Positions 11,615 through 22,130 of a DNA stretch of 64,000 nucleotides are shown in pieces (within the stretch, counting starts at the first letter, position 1; every line of letters starts with the position of its first letter). The position numbers were made by a program, and so were the translations under genes. The stretch is from NCBI GenBank assembly GCA_000091205.1, contig AP006499.2. One strand, written 5' to 3'. Origin of the DNA: Cyanidioschyzon merolae. Its lineage: Eukaryota. Below the pieces are notes generated by a model. It had not been told where the DNA came from, ran no database searches, and worked only from the letters and a program-made list of their open reading frames with translations.

Positions 11615-13004
11615 ACACTAGTCGACTGCTCCTGCCTTTCGATTTTTTCCAACCGTTTTCCAGATTTGCAACCTCGACGTTCAGATTCAACCAATAGGGG
11701 TTTCCAGATTCACCAGTAGTTTCAGGATTCTCGGTGAACGTTCCGGTGCGGCTCCGTCGACGCTCAACCGGTTGCATTCGCTGCGACACCAGAATCAAGA
11801 TGAGTCGCGACCTCCTCGAATTAGCGTATGCAAAATAACAGATTTCTTTATCCGGTTCAAACGAGCATGCCTCGGCTCTTCACCTCGCATGACGAGACGC
11901 ACGCTCCAGTCACGCGTGCTTCAAGCTCACGATTCAGCTGCTTCATGGCAACTCGTGGGCGCAGCAGTCCGCAACGCCAGAGGAACGATGCAAAACACTC
12001 TACGATACGCCATGACGGCTTGATCACAAGCTCCTGCCGACGGCCCGCAGACGATGTCATGTCCAATATTGAGTTCCGCTTGGAAGACAAATCATCCTTC
12101 CTCCGTGGCTATCGACGCAACGAGACTCCACAGCAGCACGGTTTCGCTCACGGGATACGACCCCGGGGGTGCCCGACGCTTCCGTTTACCTGTTGAGGGG
12201 TCTCGGACTCGGTCTCGGTCTCGGACTCGGTCTCGGACTCGAGTCATCGTAGCGAGCGCTTCCAGTCGAGCTGGTGTCGACGCGTTGCACGAAAGGCGCG
12301 TGGACGGATCAGAATTCGTAGACTCGTTTCGCCCGCAGGGTATTCCTTGCGGTGCTTGTTTCATCATGGACAACATCGCGCTCCACAAGTCCTTGACCGA
12401 ACGCAACAGCGTATGCATTCGCTTTCGTACGCAGAAGCAAGCGAATTCGCCGAGCTGGTCACTCTAGGTGAAGCTCATGAGCGTAGGGTGCAGCGGCGGG
12501 CGCGCCAATGCAGGTTGGTATCAGAGGTCACCGCCTGGACCCGTCCAGCGCTTGTAGCGAGCGATGCGACTAGCGCTGGTGACCCAGAAGGCAGGACTCG
12601 GAGAAAACGGTGCGATGGACGGTACGGAAACACCTGCCCAGAGTCAAGCGTTACTGCTGCGAAGGACGTGCACTGAGGCTGCACAATAAGAAGACGAACA
12701 TGGCAAGTGATGCGTAGATCGCAGCGACCGCGAGTGCGCATTGCATTCGTTGACACCAGCCCGAGGCCGAGAAACAGTTGGGACTCGCACACTGCCGTCA
12801 ACACCCTTCGACTGCTGACACCGAATCTGGAGCGACAGAAGAGAACGGTGCCTGTGAAGCCGGAAGTACGCGGCAGGAACAGGAAGCAGTCGCTGAGATA
12901 AACCCCAGAGACTTGATCGCATTCGCAAGAGACCAGAACTTGAGCGTGTGCGTACGAGCTCGCGGAGCGCACCCATGACATTGTCGTTCTTCATGGGTGT
13001 CGAC
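11615..13004. repeat. Right arm of the large inverted repeat (~1.39 kb), reverse-complement of 6545-7925
   Basis: As for the left arm. This arm carries an expanded (gactcg/gtctcg)n hexamer microsatellite, ctcggactcggtctcggtctcggactcggtctcggactcgag, where the left arm has a shorter version. Confidence 0.9.
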
Positions 13005-13159
13005 AATCGTTGTTTCGATAATCATGTACAAATTGTATACTTAGCCCGATAATATCCCATTTATGTCCATCACCATCTCGATGACGCACTGTCGTCTCTA
13101 CCGGAATCCAATCCGTGTTGACACGACGTTTGTGAACACCCCCGGTTCCTTCCTGAAGC

Positions 13160-14617
13160 ATGCAAAACCGCAGCGATGTTTCACAGATCCCCGAAGACAG
13201 GCGCGTGCGTTATGTCGTTCAGAAGCAGACCGAAATTTTCGATGGAAAGCGCCTCCGTCGGGCGATGGTTCGGAAGACAGTGGACTTGCAGGCGCCTGCA
13301 GCTCGCTGGTTGCTGGACCGTACCTGGCAGCAAGACAGTCGTCAGGGACCGCCGCTGGAGCCCTCAGCTGAATACATCTATCGGCTGCAACCACCCTGTG
13401 CTGCGGCGTTTCGAGAACGGCCGATAACCAACGCCTGTACGCACTTTGTGCAGCACGCGCAGAACAAGCAAAAGTGCGGGATAAACGCCTGCTGCTGGAC
13501 GCCGGAAGGCCGTCGACTCATCACGGGCGCTACGAGCGGCGAGTTTACACTCTGGAATGGTTGGACTTTTAACTTTGAGACGATACTATTGGCCCATAAT
13601 CTGGCGGTGCGCAATATTACCTGGAGCCATGACGGCAAGTTCATGGTCTCAACCGACCAGTCTGGCATTGTAAAGTACTGGCAGAGCAACCTCAACCATC
13701 TGAAGGTATTTCGAGCGCATCAAGAGACAATACGGGACTTGGCCATAGCCCCAACGGATCAGAAACTAGCGACTTGTTCGGACGACCAGACGATCCGGGT
13801 GTTCGACTTTGAGTCGCCCGCTCGAGCGGGTGAGATCCAGGGCTCCCCCGAGCGCATCCTGCGCGGACACGGCTGGGATGTGCGCTCTGTGGACTGGCAC
13901 CCAACGCGCGGCCTCCTTGCGTCTGGTAGCAAGGACTCTCTGATCAAATTGTGGGACCCCAAATCAGGCAAGTGCCTAACGACGATCCATGCGCATAAGA
14001 ATGCAGTTGTGAAAGTGCGGTGGAACCCCAGCAATGCGAATTACCTGCTGAGCGGCTCGCGTGACCAAACCGTCAAGTTGATCGATATTCGGATGATGCG
14101 ATCTGTGCAGAGTTTTCATGGACATCGTCGCGAGGTAACGACGCTGGCCTGGCATCCCATCCAGGAGGATACTTTCGTGTCGGCTGGCTACGACGGTTCG
14201 CTGTTCTTCTGGGTGCTTGGCGATCCTGAGCCGGCGGCAGTCATCCCGAACGCCCATGCGACCCAGGTTTGGGACCTCTCTTGGCATCCGTTGGGGCACG
14301 TGCTCGTAAGCTCCGGCAACGATACGTACACCCGGTTCTGGACTCGGTCGCGGCCAGGAGACGGCATGCGCGATCGCTACCAGCGCAGCAGTTGTCGCTG
14401 GGAGCACGTCAAGCTGTACGCGACTGAAGATGATCCGCTTGTGCGCGAGGTTGAAGAGCTTGAAGCCCTTCAAGGCAACGGCGGGGTCGATGGCTTCGGG
14501 GAATCTCTCCTCGACCGACACGTTATGATGGTGAAGCGCCAGCGGACGACTGCTGCTCAGCGACCTCCTCCAGGTCTGGAATACGTCCAGAATGACGTGC
14601 AGATGACCAAGAGTTGA
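13160..14617 (+). CDS. WD40-repeat polyadenylation factor, WDR33/Pfs2 ortholog (CPSF complex)
   Basis: CCWTPEGRRLITGATSGEFTLWNGWTFNFETIL, VKYWQSNLNHLKVFRAHQETIRD, WHPTRGLLASGSKDSLIKLWDP and WHPLGHVLVSSGNDTYTRFWTR are collinear with the WDR33 N-terminal WD propeller. Confidence 0.85.
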   Translation: MQNRSDVSQIPEDRRVRYVVQKQTEIFDGKRLRRAMVRKTVDLQAPAARWLLDRTWQQDSRQGPPLEPSAEYIYRLQPPCAAAFRERPITNACTHFVQHAQNKQKCGINACCWTPEGRRLITGATSGEFTLWNGWTFNFETILLAHNLAVRNITWSHDGKFMVSTDQSGIVKYWQSNLNHLKVFRAHQETIRDLAIAPTDQKLATCSDDQTIRVFDFESPARAGEIQGSPERILRGHGWDVRSVDWHPTRGLLASGSKDSLIKLWDPKSGKCLTTIHAHKNAVVKVRWNPSNANYLLSGSRDQTVKLIDIRMMRSVQSFHGHRREVTTLAWHPIQEDTFVSAGYDGSLFFWVLGDPEPAAVIPNAHATQVWDLSWHPLGHVLVSSGNDTYTRFWTRSRPGDGMRDRYQRSSCRWEHVKLYATEDDPLVREVEELEALQGNGGVDGFGESLLDRHVMMVKRQRTTAAQRPPPGLEYVQNDVQMTKS

Positions 14618-15389
14618 CAAGATTCGACGTCGATGCGGGGTCGCGCCTTATGCCGTCGGCGTTTGGGAGCGATAACCATTCCGATTCCTCGGAAGAAGTT
14701 CTGAAATCACGGAGTCAAGCAGGCAAGTGCCGGTGTCTCAGATGCAGGTCCAGCAATACTGCAACCGATACGAGTGTGCCCAGGGATTCGATGCCCGATG
14801 GGAGTCAGCAACGCTGCGCTCTGTGTGTGAAGCCTTCCGCCTCGTGCGACATCGGGCGGGCACATTCTGGTATTTCGCTGGATACCAGGGATACGATTCA
14901 TCTTGTACTCGCCTTTGCCGATGAGGCTCAACCCGGAGGTTCCACCACGAGTCGTTTTTCGATAAAGCACGGAGCCTGCGAAAGCAACACATAACCAGTG
15001 AGGCAGGGAACATCACTGGTGGTGCCGCGTACGCGGTTGGTGACTGTGTCACTGTCGCTTCTCTGCCTATGTCGTTTTCTGACAGAGATTATCCGTCCCC
15101 TGTTTCGTATCTCACCAGGTTTTTCATTAGCAAAATCGCTTGGAGCTTCCAGCAGAGTCGGTAGTACTGATCAAATTCCATGGTGGAGTGCTCTGGCTCT
15201 GATACGTGGAAGCGTCGATGACAGCCGGCTGGTAGGCAGTAGATGCTGCAAACGTTCTGATCCGGTGTAAGGAAACGTAGATGCTCACATTCAGGCACGA
15301 AGCATAAATTGTAAAACCAGATGATCTGATATATACGGCCAGAAAAGACAAAAAAACATTTCACGACCACGGAGGGTATGTATATGTAC

Positions 15390-16815
15390 CCAGGCGCAGG
15401 CGCCTGCCAGTCTTTTTTGGCCGTCCGCCTGCTATCGGGTTCAGCTTCACCCTGTACACGTCGAGCCGGAGAGGCTGCCTTATAAACTTGGATCGCGTCA
15501 GCTCCGCGGATCTCGTCTTCAGCACCGCTCATCGTCTGATATTAACAGCAGCGTTGTGATCCCGGTTCACGAACTTGTTGCATGCAGTGCTGGTAGTGGG
15601 GAACACCAATGCAGGGATTGCCGGAACTTGCGCCCTCCGTGGTAATACATTCTCGACATCGTCCCGTCGAGCGAGTACCTTTTCTCGTGTATCTCCACTG
15701 TTCTTCTTCATCACTTGCTCTTCTTCGCATGGTGGTCTTAGAGAAGAGTATTTTTTCGTTTTTTTTTCGCTGCAGGCGACGATAATCGCCCTCCAGGATT
15801 CTCGACTTCCATGTCCATAACTTTCCCGTAGATTTTTTATTTCTTCATATGAACGCACTTCTTGATGCTCTTAGACAAGGGCCATCGCGGAGTGAGAAGG
15901 ACCTGCGCAAGAAAGAAGAATTGTGCCCGTGGGCTAAACGTACGGAGAACGCTTCGGCAATTCGCCCAGTGGAGCGATCATGACGTTCCACCCTGGAAAG
16001 TACTCCTTTGATGGTGCTTAACCACCGAGCGTACGTAGGAATGAGAAGCAGCTCTATCCCGGTAGAACTGGCATAAAGATCGAATGCAAATGAATGGTGA
16101 AATGCCACGTTGTCGAACAGAAGAATGTCGGCGGAGCTGCAAGGGAAAAGTCTTCAATGATTCAACAAATTGGGTGCTTTTGTTGCAAGAGCCTTCTCAA
16201 CGAGCGAAACCGTGGCCGGCAAATGAATCCTCTGCAACTAGAAGCTGAAATGATGATATGATCTTTCTCTTGCATGTCTTTTCTAATTACAACGAGCGCC
16301 CTGCTCGGCGAATACCCATATACGCTCCGACCGTTTCGTCTGAAGGACTTTTCAACGATTGAAAAAAACAAACCGATGTCTCTGTGATGCATACCGACCG
16401 CAGCGTTCCAGGAACGCTATCGTTGCGTGAACTAGGACGCTCGTTTTGGCGACTGTATTCCAGGGCTTTCAACGCGACACGAACAAGCTGTTGAGAAACA
16501 GCGACACCCGCGATGGCTACGATCGTCGCTTTTGCTTTTCATACGGCAATCAACGAGTCGCTCTCTACCATGGACTGCAAGAACGCTTCGACAATACCAG
16601 TTTTTGGCGCGGAACGCATCTACTTGTTTCTTTCACTGTTCCTCAACCATCTGAGTACAGTTGGATGACTGAACTGAATGAGGAATACAGTCCTCCTTGT
16701 ACTGTTCAGTACATAATATATATCCTACAGACGATTCGTCTACGATCTAACCAGTACATTGCGTCGTGATTTCAGTGCCCCGCTTACTGAACGCGGCATC
16801 GAGCGTGGAACGAAT
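15390..16815 (-). mobile_element. Copy A of a degenerate TnpB/Fanzor-like (IS605 OrfB-type RNA-guided nuclease) element; coding sense on the minus strand, disrupted by frameshifts and stops
   Basis: The minus-strand ORF ends ...CNKFVNRDHNAAVNIRR*, which is the RuvC-III D-x-D-x-NAA-x-NI signature. An adjacent frame gives a Cys-rich CRECITTEGASSGNPCIGVPHYQHC zinc-finger remnant. The region is about 75% identical at the nucleotide level to 24495-25865 across its whole length. Confidence 0.6.
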
Positions 16816-16993
16816 CCTAGTTGAAGGACTTTGAGGAAACCTCAATGCTCGTGTGCCCGCGGGCCGCCGAGCGACACGACCGGGATGCGCGCACGCGCCT
16901 GCGCCACCGGGGCATCGTGCAACGTCCCCCGGAGGCCTGACGGGGTGAAAGCGCCTCACTGGCGAATCGGAGCGCTGTAGTGCGGCTTAGGCT

Positions 16994-19900
16994 GTGCTTC
17001 CGCGTGTATTGGTGTTTCTGCTAGTTCTATCACTGGCAGCACTCGCTCGAATGCAACGTCATATTGCCTTCGTGTGTGCACCCTTATATCGCAGGGCAGT
17101 ACAGCTGCAGAAAAAAGGTGAACACCCCCACGCTGTTTTTCGCAGCTCGAGGTGCAAAGTCGGCGTGCAGCGCCAGGTCCGTTTCACTGTACCCGGGTTG
17201 CGAGCCACGGCCGTGATGCCTACACCAACCCAAGCGCCGGTTCGTGTGCAAGTCCCTCGACGTGAGCTGGGCGAGAAGGCTTTTGGCTTCACTCTCGTCA
17301 GATCTGAATTCGTTCCCGAGATTCAGTCTTATGTGCGCGTGTACAAACACGATAGGTACGGAACCGAGCTGATATCCGTTGTGAACGATGACGAGAACAA
17401 GACGTTTGGAGTCGCGTTTCGTACACCGCCTTCTGATTCGACTGGCGTGCCTCATATACTGGAGCACTCTGTGCTCTGCGGGTCCCGAAAGTATCCCGTT
17501 AAGGAGCCCTTTGTGGAGCTGTTGAAAACCTCTATGAATACTTTCCTGAACGCAATGACGTTTCCGGATAAGACCTGCTATCCGGTGGCTAGCACGAACT
17601 TGCGTGACTTTTACAATCTCGTGGATGTCTATCTTGACGCGGTATTTTTCCCCAGGCTAACACCAGATACGCTTGCGCAAGAGGGGCACCACATAGAGCT
17701 GGATGCCGTCGACCAACCGATGTCGATCAAGGGCGTCGTGTATAACGAAATGAAGGGTGCTTTTTCCTCACCCGAGCGAGTTTTGATGTCTGCGAGCCAG
17801 AGAGCGCTCTTCCCTGACACCACCTATGGTGTTGAAAGCGGTGGAGATCCCGCTGACATACCGCAGCTCACCTGGGAAGCATTCAAGAGTTTCTACGATC
17901 GGTGCTATCATCCAAGTAATGCACGTATTTGGTTCTACGGTGATGACCCCGAGGACATGCGCCTGCAGAAAGTTGCAGAATTTCTCGATGCTTTCGCAGA
18001 ATCGAGCGACCGTCCACCGAGCATGGACCCGAAAGCGACCGCGATTTCCGTTCAGAAGCGTTTCGCCGAACCACGCCGGGTCGAGCTCCCGTATGCCACT
18101 GATGAATCCGGAAAGTTTTACACGACAGTCAACTGGATGCTGCACGATACCGTCGTATCACTCGATGCGGATCGTATGCTCAGTCTCGTTGTTCTGGATC
18201 ACATTCTGCTCGGCAGCTCGGCGGCACCGCTGCGCAAAGCACTCATCGATTCAGGGCTTGGTGAGGACGTCCTCGGTGGTGGCCTCGAATCGGATCTGTT
18301 GCAGATGACCTACAGTGTGGGCATGAAAGGAATTGCTCAAGAGCAGGACACGGAGCGAGTTGCAGACCTGATTTTCGAGACGCTGCGGAAACTGAGTAGC
18401 GAGAAGCTGGATGATAATCTGGTGCTGGCCTCTCTGAACACCATCGAGTTCCGTTTGCGCGAAAATAACACCGGCTCGTTCCCGCGTGGCCTCGCTCTCA
18501 TGCTGCGGGCGATGACCACATGGCTACATGATGCTGACCCAGTTTTGATGCTCAGGTTCGAAGAGCCACTGAAAAAGTTGCGCGAGCGGATTGCGTCCGG
18601 CGAGCCCGTCTTTCAGAAGCTCATCCAGGAGGAGTTTCTGACGAATACGCATCGCGTACAGGTGGTTCTGCGTCCAGACCCTGACTATGCGAAACGCACC
18701 GAGGAGGCCGAGCAAGCCCGTCTGGCTGCCCTGAAACAGTCCCTTCCTGCAGCCGAAATCGAAAAGATCATACAGGAGACACAACGGTTGCGTGCGAAAC
18801 AAGCCGCACCAGACGCTCCAGAGGATCTCGCAAAAGTGCCGTCTCTGCATGTATCCGATCTCGATCGGAAAGTGAAAACTGTTCCGCGTCACGCAGAGAA
18901 CAGAGCTGAGGGTGTAACGATCCTGTCACATCCGCTAGCAACGAATGGTATCGTGTACATCGATGTCGGGTTTGATACGACGCAGGTGCCCTCTGAGCTG
19001 CTGCCTCTTTTGGGTATCTATGCGGAGAGCCTCTTCGAGGTCGGTACCCACAGAGAGGACTTTGTCGCGCTCCAGCGTAGGATCGGACGTGATACTGGCG
19101 GCCTGCGTGCGGCGGTACTAACCACCCAGCAAGTCGACGAGCGCGGCGACGGGGCGGTGATTCAGCGGTTGTTCCTGCGCGGCAAGGCAACCGCAAACCA
19201 GGTTGCCTCCCTGTTTGACATCCTAACCGATGTGCTTCACGAGATCAAGTTTGATGACCGAGAACGGATTAGGCAACTAGTTGTGGAAGAGCGAGCGGGT
19301 CTTGAAACGCGCCTGGTGCCCAGTGGGCATGTAATGACGGCAAGTAGACTGAAAGCGCAGTATCGCCGCAGCGACTGGGTGAACGAACAGCTTAACGGCA
19401 TTTCTTACCTGCGGTACTTGCGCGCACTTCAAAAACGCGTCGAGCAGGACTGGGATCAGGTCAAGGCGGACCTGGAGCGCCTACACCAGTGCGTCATCTC
19501 GCGCCAGGGCGTCATCGTGAACGTGACTTACCCGCAAATTGACGAGGTGATGTCGCACGTGGACGCGTTTCTGGAGGCATTGCCAGCCCGTGCGCTTTCC
19601 GCAGCTGCGGACACGAATGCCGCGCCCGCGCTGGACGGCGTGTCGCTGCGCCCCATGAACGAGGGCCTTGTCATTCCGGCACGAGTGAACTATGTTGGCA
19701 AAGCGGCGAACCTGTTCGACGCCGGCTTCCGTGTCCACGGTGCATTGCTGTTGGCGGCGCGCTACCTGAGCAATACCTATCTCTGGGAAGAGGTTCGAGT
19801 GCGCGGCGGCGCATATGGCGGGTTCTGCCGCCTTGACCCGCGCACGGGCACGTTTCTATTTCTCTCCTACCGAGATCCGAACGTGGAGAAAACCGTCGAT

Positions 19901-20254
19901 ATATACGACGGAGCGTGTGATTTCCTTCGTCGGATCCAACTGAGTCGCGATGAGATTGACAAGTCCATCATCGGCATCATCGGTGACATGGATGCCTACG
20001 AGCTGCCTGACGCGAAAGGTTTCAACAGCGCTCTGCGCTACCTGACAGGAGAGACCGACGAACTGCGACAAAAGAGACGCGATGAGATTTTCAGCGCCAG
20101 GATCGAAGATTTTCGTCGACTTGCGGATGCACTCGCACAAGTTCGGGAGCACGGATCGGTCGTTGTGCTCGGTGCTAGTGAGTCGATTCGTCGTGCGGAA
20201 TCTTGCCTGAAACTCGAACGCGTTGAACCAGCCCTGCCAGGAACAGACGTTTAA
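16994..20254 (+). CDS. Presequence protease (PreP/Cym1), M16C pitrilysin-family zinc metallopeptidase with a probable N-terminal targeting peptide
   Basis: Inverted zinc-binding motif HILEH (HxxEH) at aa ~155, followed by SVLCGSRKYPVKEPFVELLKTSMNTFLNAMT. Length of ~1000-1100 aa is typical of M16C. The basic, hydroxylated N-terminus suggests organellar import; the start codon is uncertain. Confidence 0.85.
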   Translation: MLPRVLVFLLVLSLAALARMQRHIAFVCAPLYRRAVQLQKKGEHPHAVFRSSRCKVGVQRQVRFTVPGLRATAVMPTPTQAPVRVQVPRRELGEKAFGFTLVRSEFVPEIQSYVRVYKHDRYGTELISVVNDDENKTFGVAFRTPPSDSTGVPHILEHSVLCGSRKYPVKEPFVELLKTSMNTFLNAMTFPDKTCYPVASTNLRDFYNLVDVYLDAVFFPRLTPDTLAQEGHHIELDAVDQPMSIKGVVYNEMKGAFSSPERVLMSASQRALFPDTTYGVESGGDPADIPQLTWEAFKSFYDRCYHPSNARIWFYGDDPEDMRLQKVAEFLDAFAESSDRPPSMDPKATAISVQKRFAEPRRVELPYATDESGKFYTTVNWMLHDTVVSLDADRMLSLVVLDHILLGSSAAPLRKALIDSGLGEDVLGGGLESDLLQMTYSVGMKGIAQEQDTERVADLIFETLRKLSSEKLDDNLVLASLNTIEFRLRENNTGSFPRGLALMLRAMTTWLHDADPVLMLRFEEPLKKLRERIASGEPVFQKLIQEEFLTNTHRVQVVLRPDPDYAKRTEEAEQARLAALKQSLPAAEIEKIIQETQRLRAKQAAPDAPEDLAKVPSLHVSDLDRKVKTVPRHAENRAEGVTILSHPLATNGIVYIDVGFDTTQVPSELLPLLGIYAESLFEVGTHREDFVALQRRIGRDTGGLRAAVLTTQQVDERGDGAVIQRLFLRGKATANQVASLFDILTDVLHEIKFDDRERIRQLVVEERAGLETRLVPSGHVMTASRLKAQYRRSDWVNEQLNGISYLRYLRALQKRVEQDWDQVKADLERLHQCVISRQGVIVNVTYPQIDEVMSHVDAFLEALPARALSAAADTNAAPALDGVSLRPMNEGLVIPARVNYVGKAANLFDAGFRVHGALLLAARYLSNTYLWEEVRVRGGAYGGFCRLDPRTGTFLFLSYRDPNVEKTVDIYDGACDFLRRIQLSRDEIDKSIIGIIGDMDAYELPDAKGFNSALRYLTGETDELRQKRRDEIFSARIEDFRRLADALAQVREHGSVVVLGASESIRRAESCLKLERVEPALPGTDV

Positions 20255-21399
20255 TTGGACAGTGTAAAAGAAAACAAAAGTGATCGGATAGCGTTTGGTA
20301 GCGCCGCTGCTCATTCGGTTCGAGACGCAAAGCTCGTACGGTGTCGATAGGCTGCGCTCTACCAGTGTGCGTTGTGGCGATTACCTCCTGGTTCGCGTTC
20401 AGGAGCGCAATGGAACGCCCTCGTTCGACAAGCAATGGCATCCATTTGCGTCATCGGGACATGGTTTTAGGTGCTGGATGTTTGTGAACGCCGGCTCTAG
20501 GGCTTCTGCTTGCTCGCGACGCGATATACACGTTGGGACGGGTCAAAGCGTGCTGCGCGTTTGCGAATCCAAAGGCCTCTAATTCCAGTCATCGGTCTGG
20601 TGGCGAGGAGGAATTGCGTGGGCATCTGTGGCGCGGATGCTCGTGTTCGAGCTCGCTGCCCTCCAGAACAGTGGCGGTTTCCCGCATTGCGAGCGTTTTG
20701 CGTCTTTGAAGACTACCGACAATCATACATATATCGAGCCCTGGTACGCAGCACCAGGGTAGCGTCGTTGGTCCGTTCATAGAGGTGCCTTGCGGATCAC
20801 TCAAATGGACTTGTATTCCGGGATATGTATCGTTCGGGACGGACGGCTTTTTCGGCCCGAGACAATGAGAAGCGTGCTCCAAAACAGCATGCGCTCAGAG
20901 AGGGAAAACTATGAAAATGGCTTTTTCAGACCGGCGTAAGCGCCCTGCATGTATGGAGAAATGTCGACGGCCCAAATCCTGACTTGCGTGCTTGTGGACG
21001 AGTGAAGAATTGTTAAGGTTTTCCGCTTCGGCAACGCAAGTACAGAGAGAGATCGAGCCCCGCTGGTTTGCATAGCGTCCGTGCGATTTCCCACACAGAT
21101 CCTACGGGCGTTCCGCGCTAGCGCTCGAAGCAACGATGCACAACGCATCGCCTGGTCTGAAGCTGCAACCGATTCGCTCTGCCGCCCAGCAGCGAAAGCG
21201 GGTCGGTTTGCTGAACAAGTCCTGTCCAACTCACGGTGCCAAATGTATAGGGATCTCTTTCTCGAACCGTTCCTTGCAAAATTATCTCAACCAATAGGGA
21301 CGATCTTTGTGCTTTTACAACACATTTTGTGCAGTAGAGGGGTCTAAACAGACTTTCATTTCAGCACGGCCATTTTTGGCAGTTGGGACATAGACCTCA

Positions 21400-22020
21400 A
21401 TGCATGCGGGGACACTTGCATGTTCCACCTCGTGGTGGACACTGGTCCGACATGAAACCAAGGCACGATCCGCAGGCACCGCGGATGCCATATGCACGAC
21501 GTGCGCTTTCGCCGTTCAATTTGCAGGCAGCGGCTAGAGCACGATGGGGTCGCGTTCGGGTATCCCGAGTTGTCGTCGTTGTCGTCGACAGGCCCGGGAT
21601 TCGCGGTCTATGCATGGCTGCGCAGCACCCTCGTGGACGCATCACAGCGCGCGCTCGTCTGACGGTACGGCGCACGTGACGGAGCCGCGCGATGGCGAAG
21701 TCGCCACAGGGCTGGCCCGCGTCGCATCGCACCCGCAGGTGCTCGACAACCGTGGCCGGCACGCGTGCAGGCGCCGGTGCGATCTTCCGGATGCTTCTGC
21801 GTCCGCGGCGGCGGCGGCGGCGACGGCAAGTGAAACGCCGCGGCCGTCGCTGTGGATCGCGGGCGGACGACGCACCAGCGCCGGATGTCAGCGCCTACGC
21901 GCGCGATCAGCGACCTGAAGCATCCGCAAGGTTCCGGGCGATTCGCGGCTCTCGGGCGAGCGATGGAGTGCATGCAGGACGGCATAGGCGGCGGCGCCGA
22001 CACGCACACATCGCGCACGA
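21400..22020. promoter_or_regulatory. Very GC/CpG-rich island (>70% GC) upstream of HSP90, a candidate promoter region
   Basis: Runs of gcggcggcggcggcggcgacggc and dense CpG, with no convincing conserved ORF. It lies 100-700 bp upstream of the HSP90 ATG. A weak HSE-like GAAacTTGaatAGAAaagcaTTC is at ~22085-22110. Confidence 0.25.
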
Positions 22021-22130
22021 ACGACTAGGATTTCTGCTGCTGTTTCGATTACGCACAACTCGTCGAACTGGCTCGTTCGCACTAGCCTGAGCGGAAACTT
22101 GAATAGAAAAGCATTCTGTACTTAAACGAA

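Noticed and set aside
20281-20360. tRNA-like fragments (tagcgtttggtagcgc A-box-like, ggttcgagac T-loop-like)
   Set aside because: I could not fold them into a consistent cloverleaf by eye (D and T stems do not pair), so I do not call a tRNA; tRNAscan-SE would be needed.
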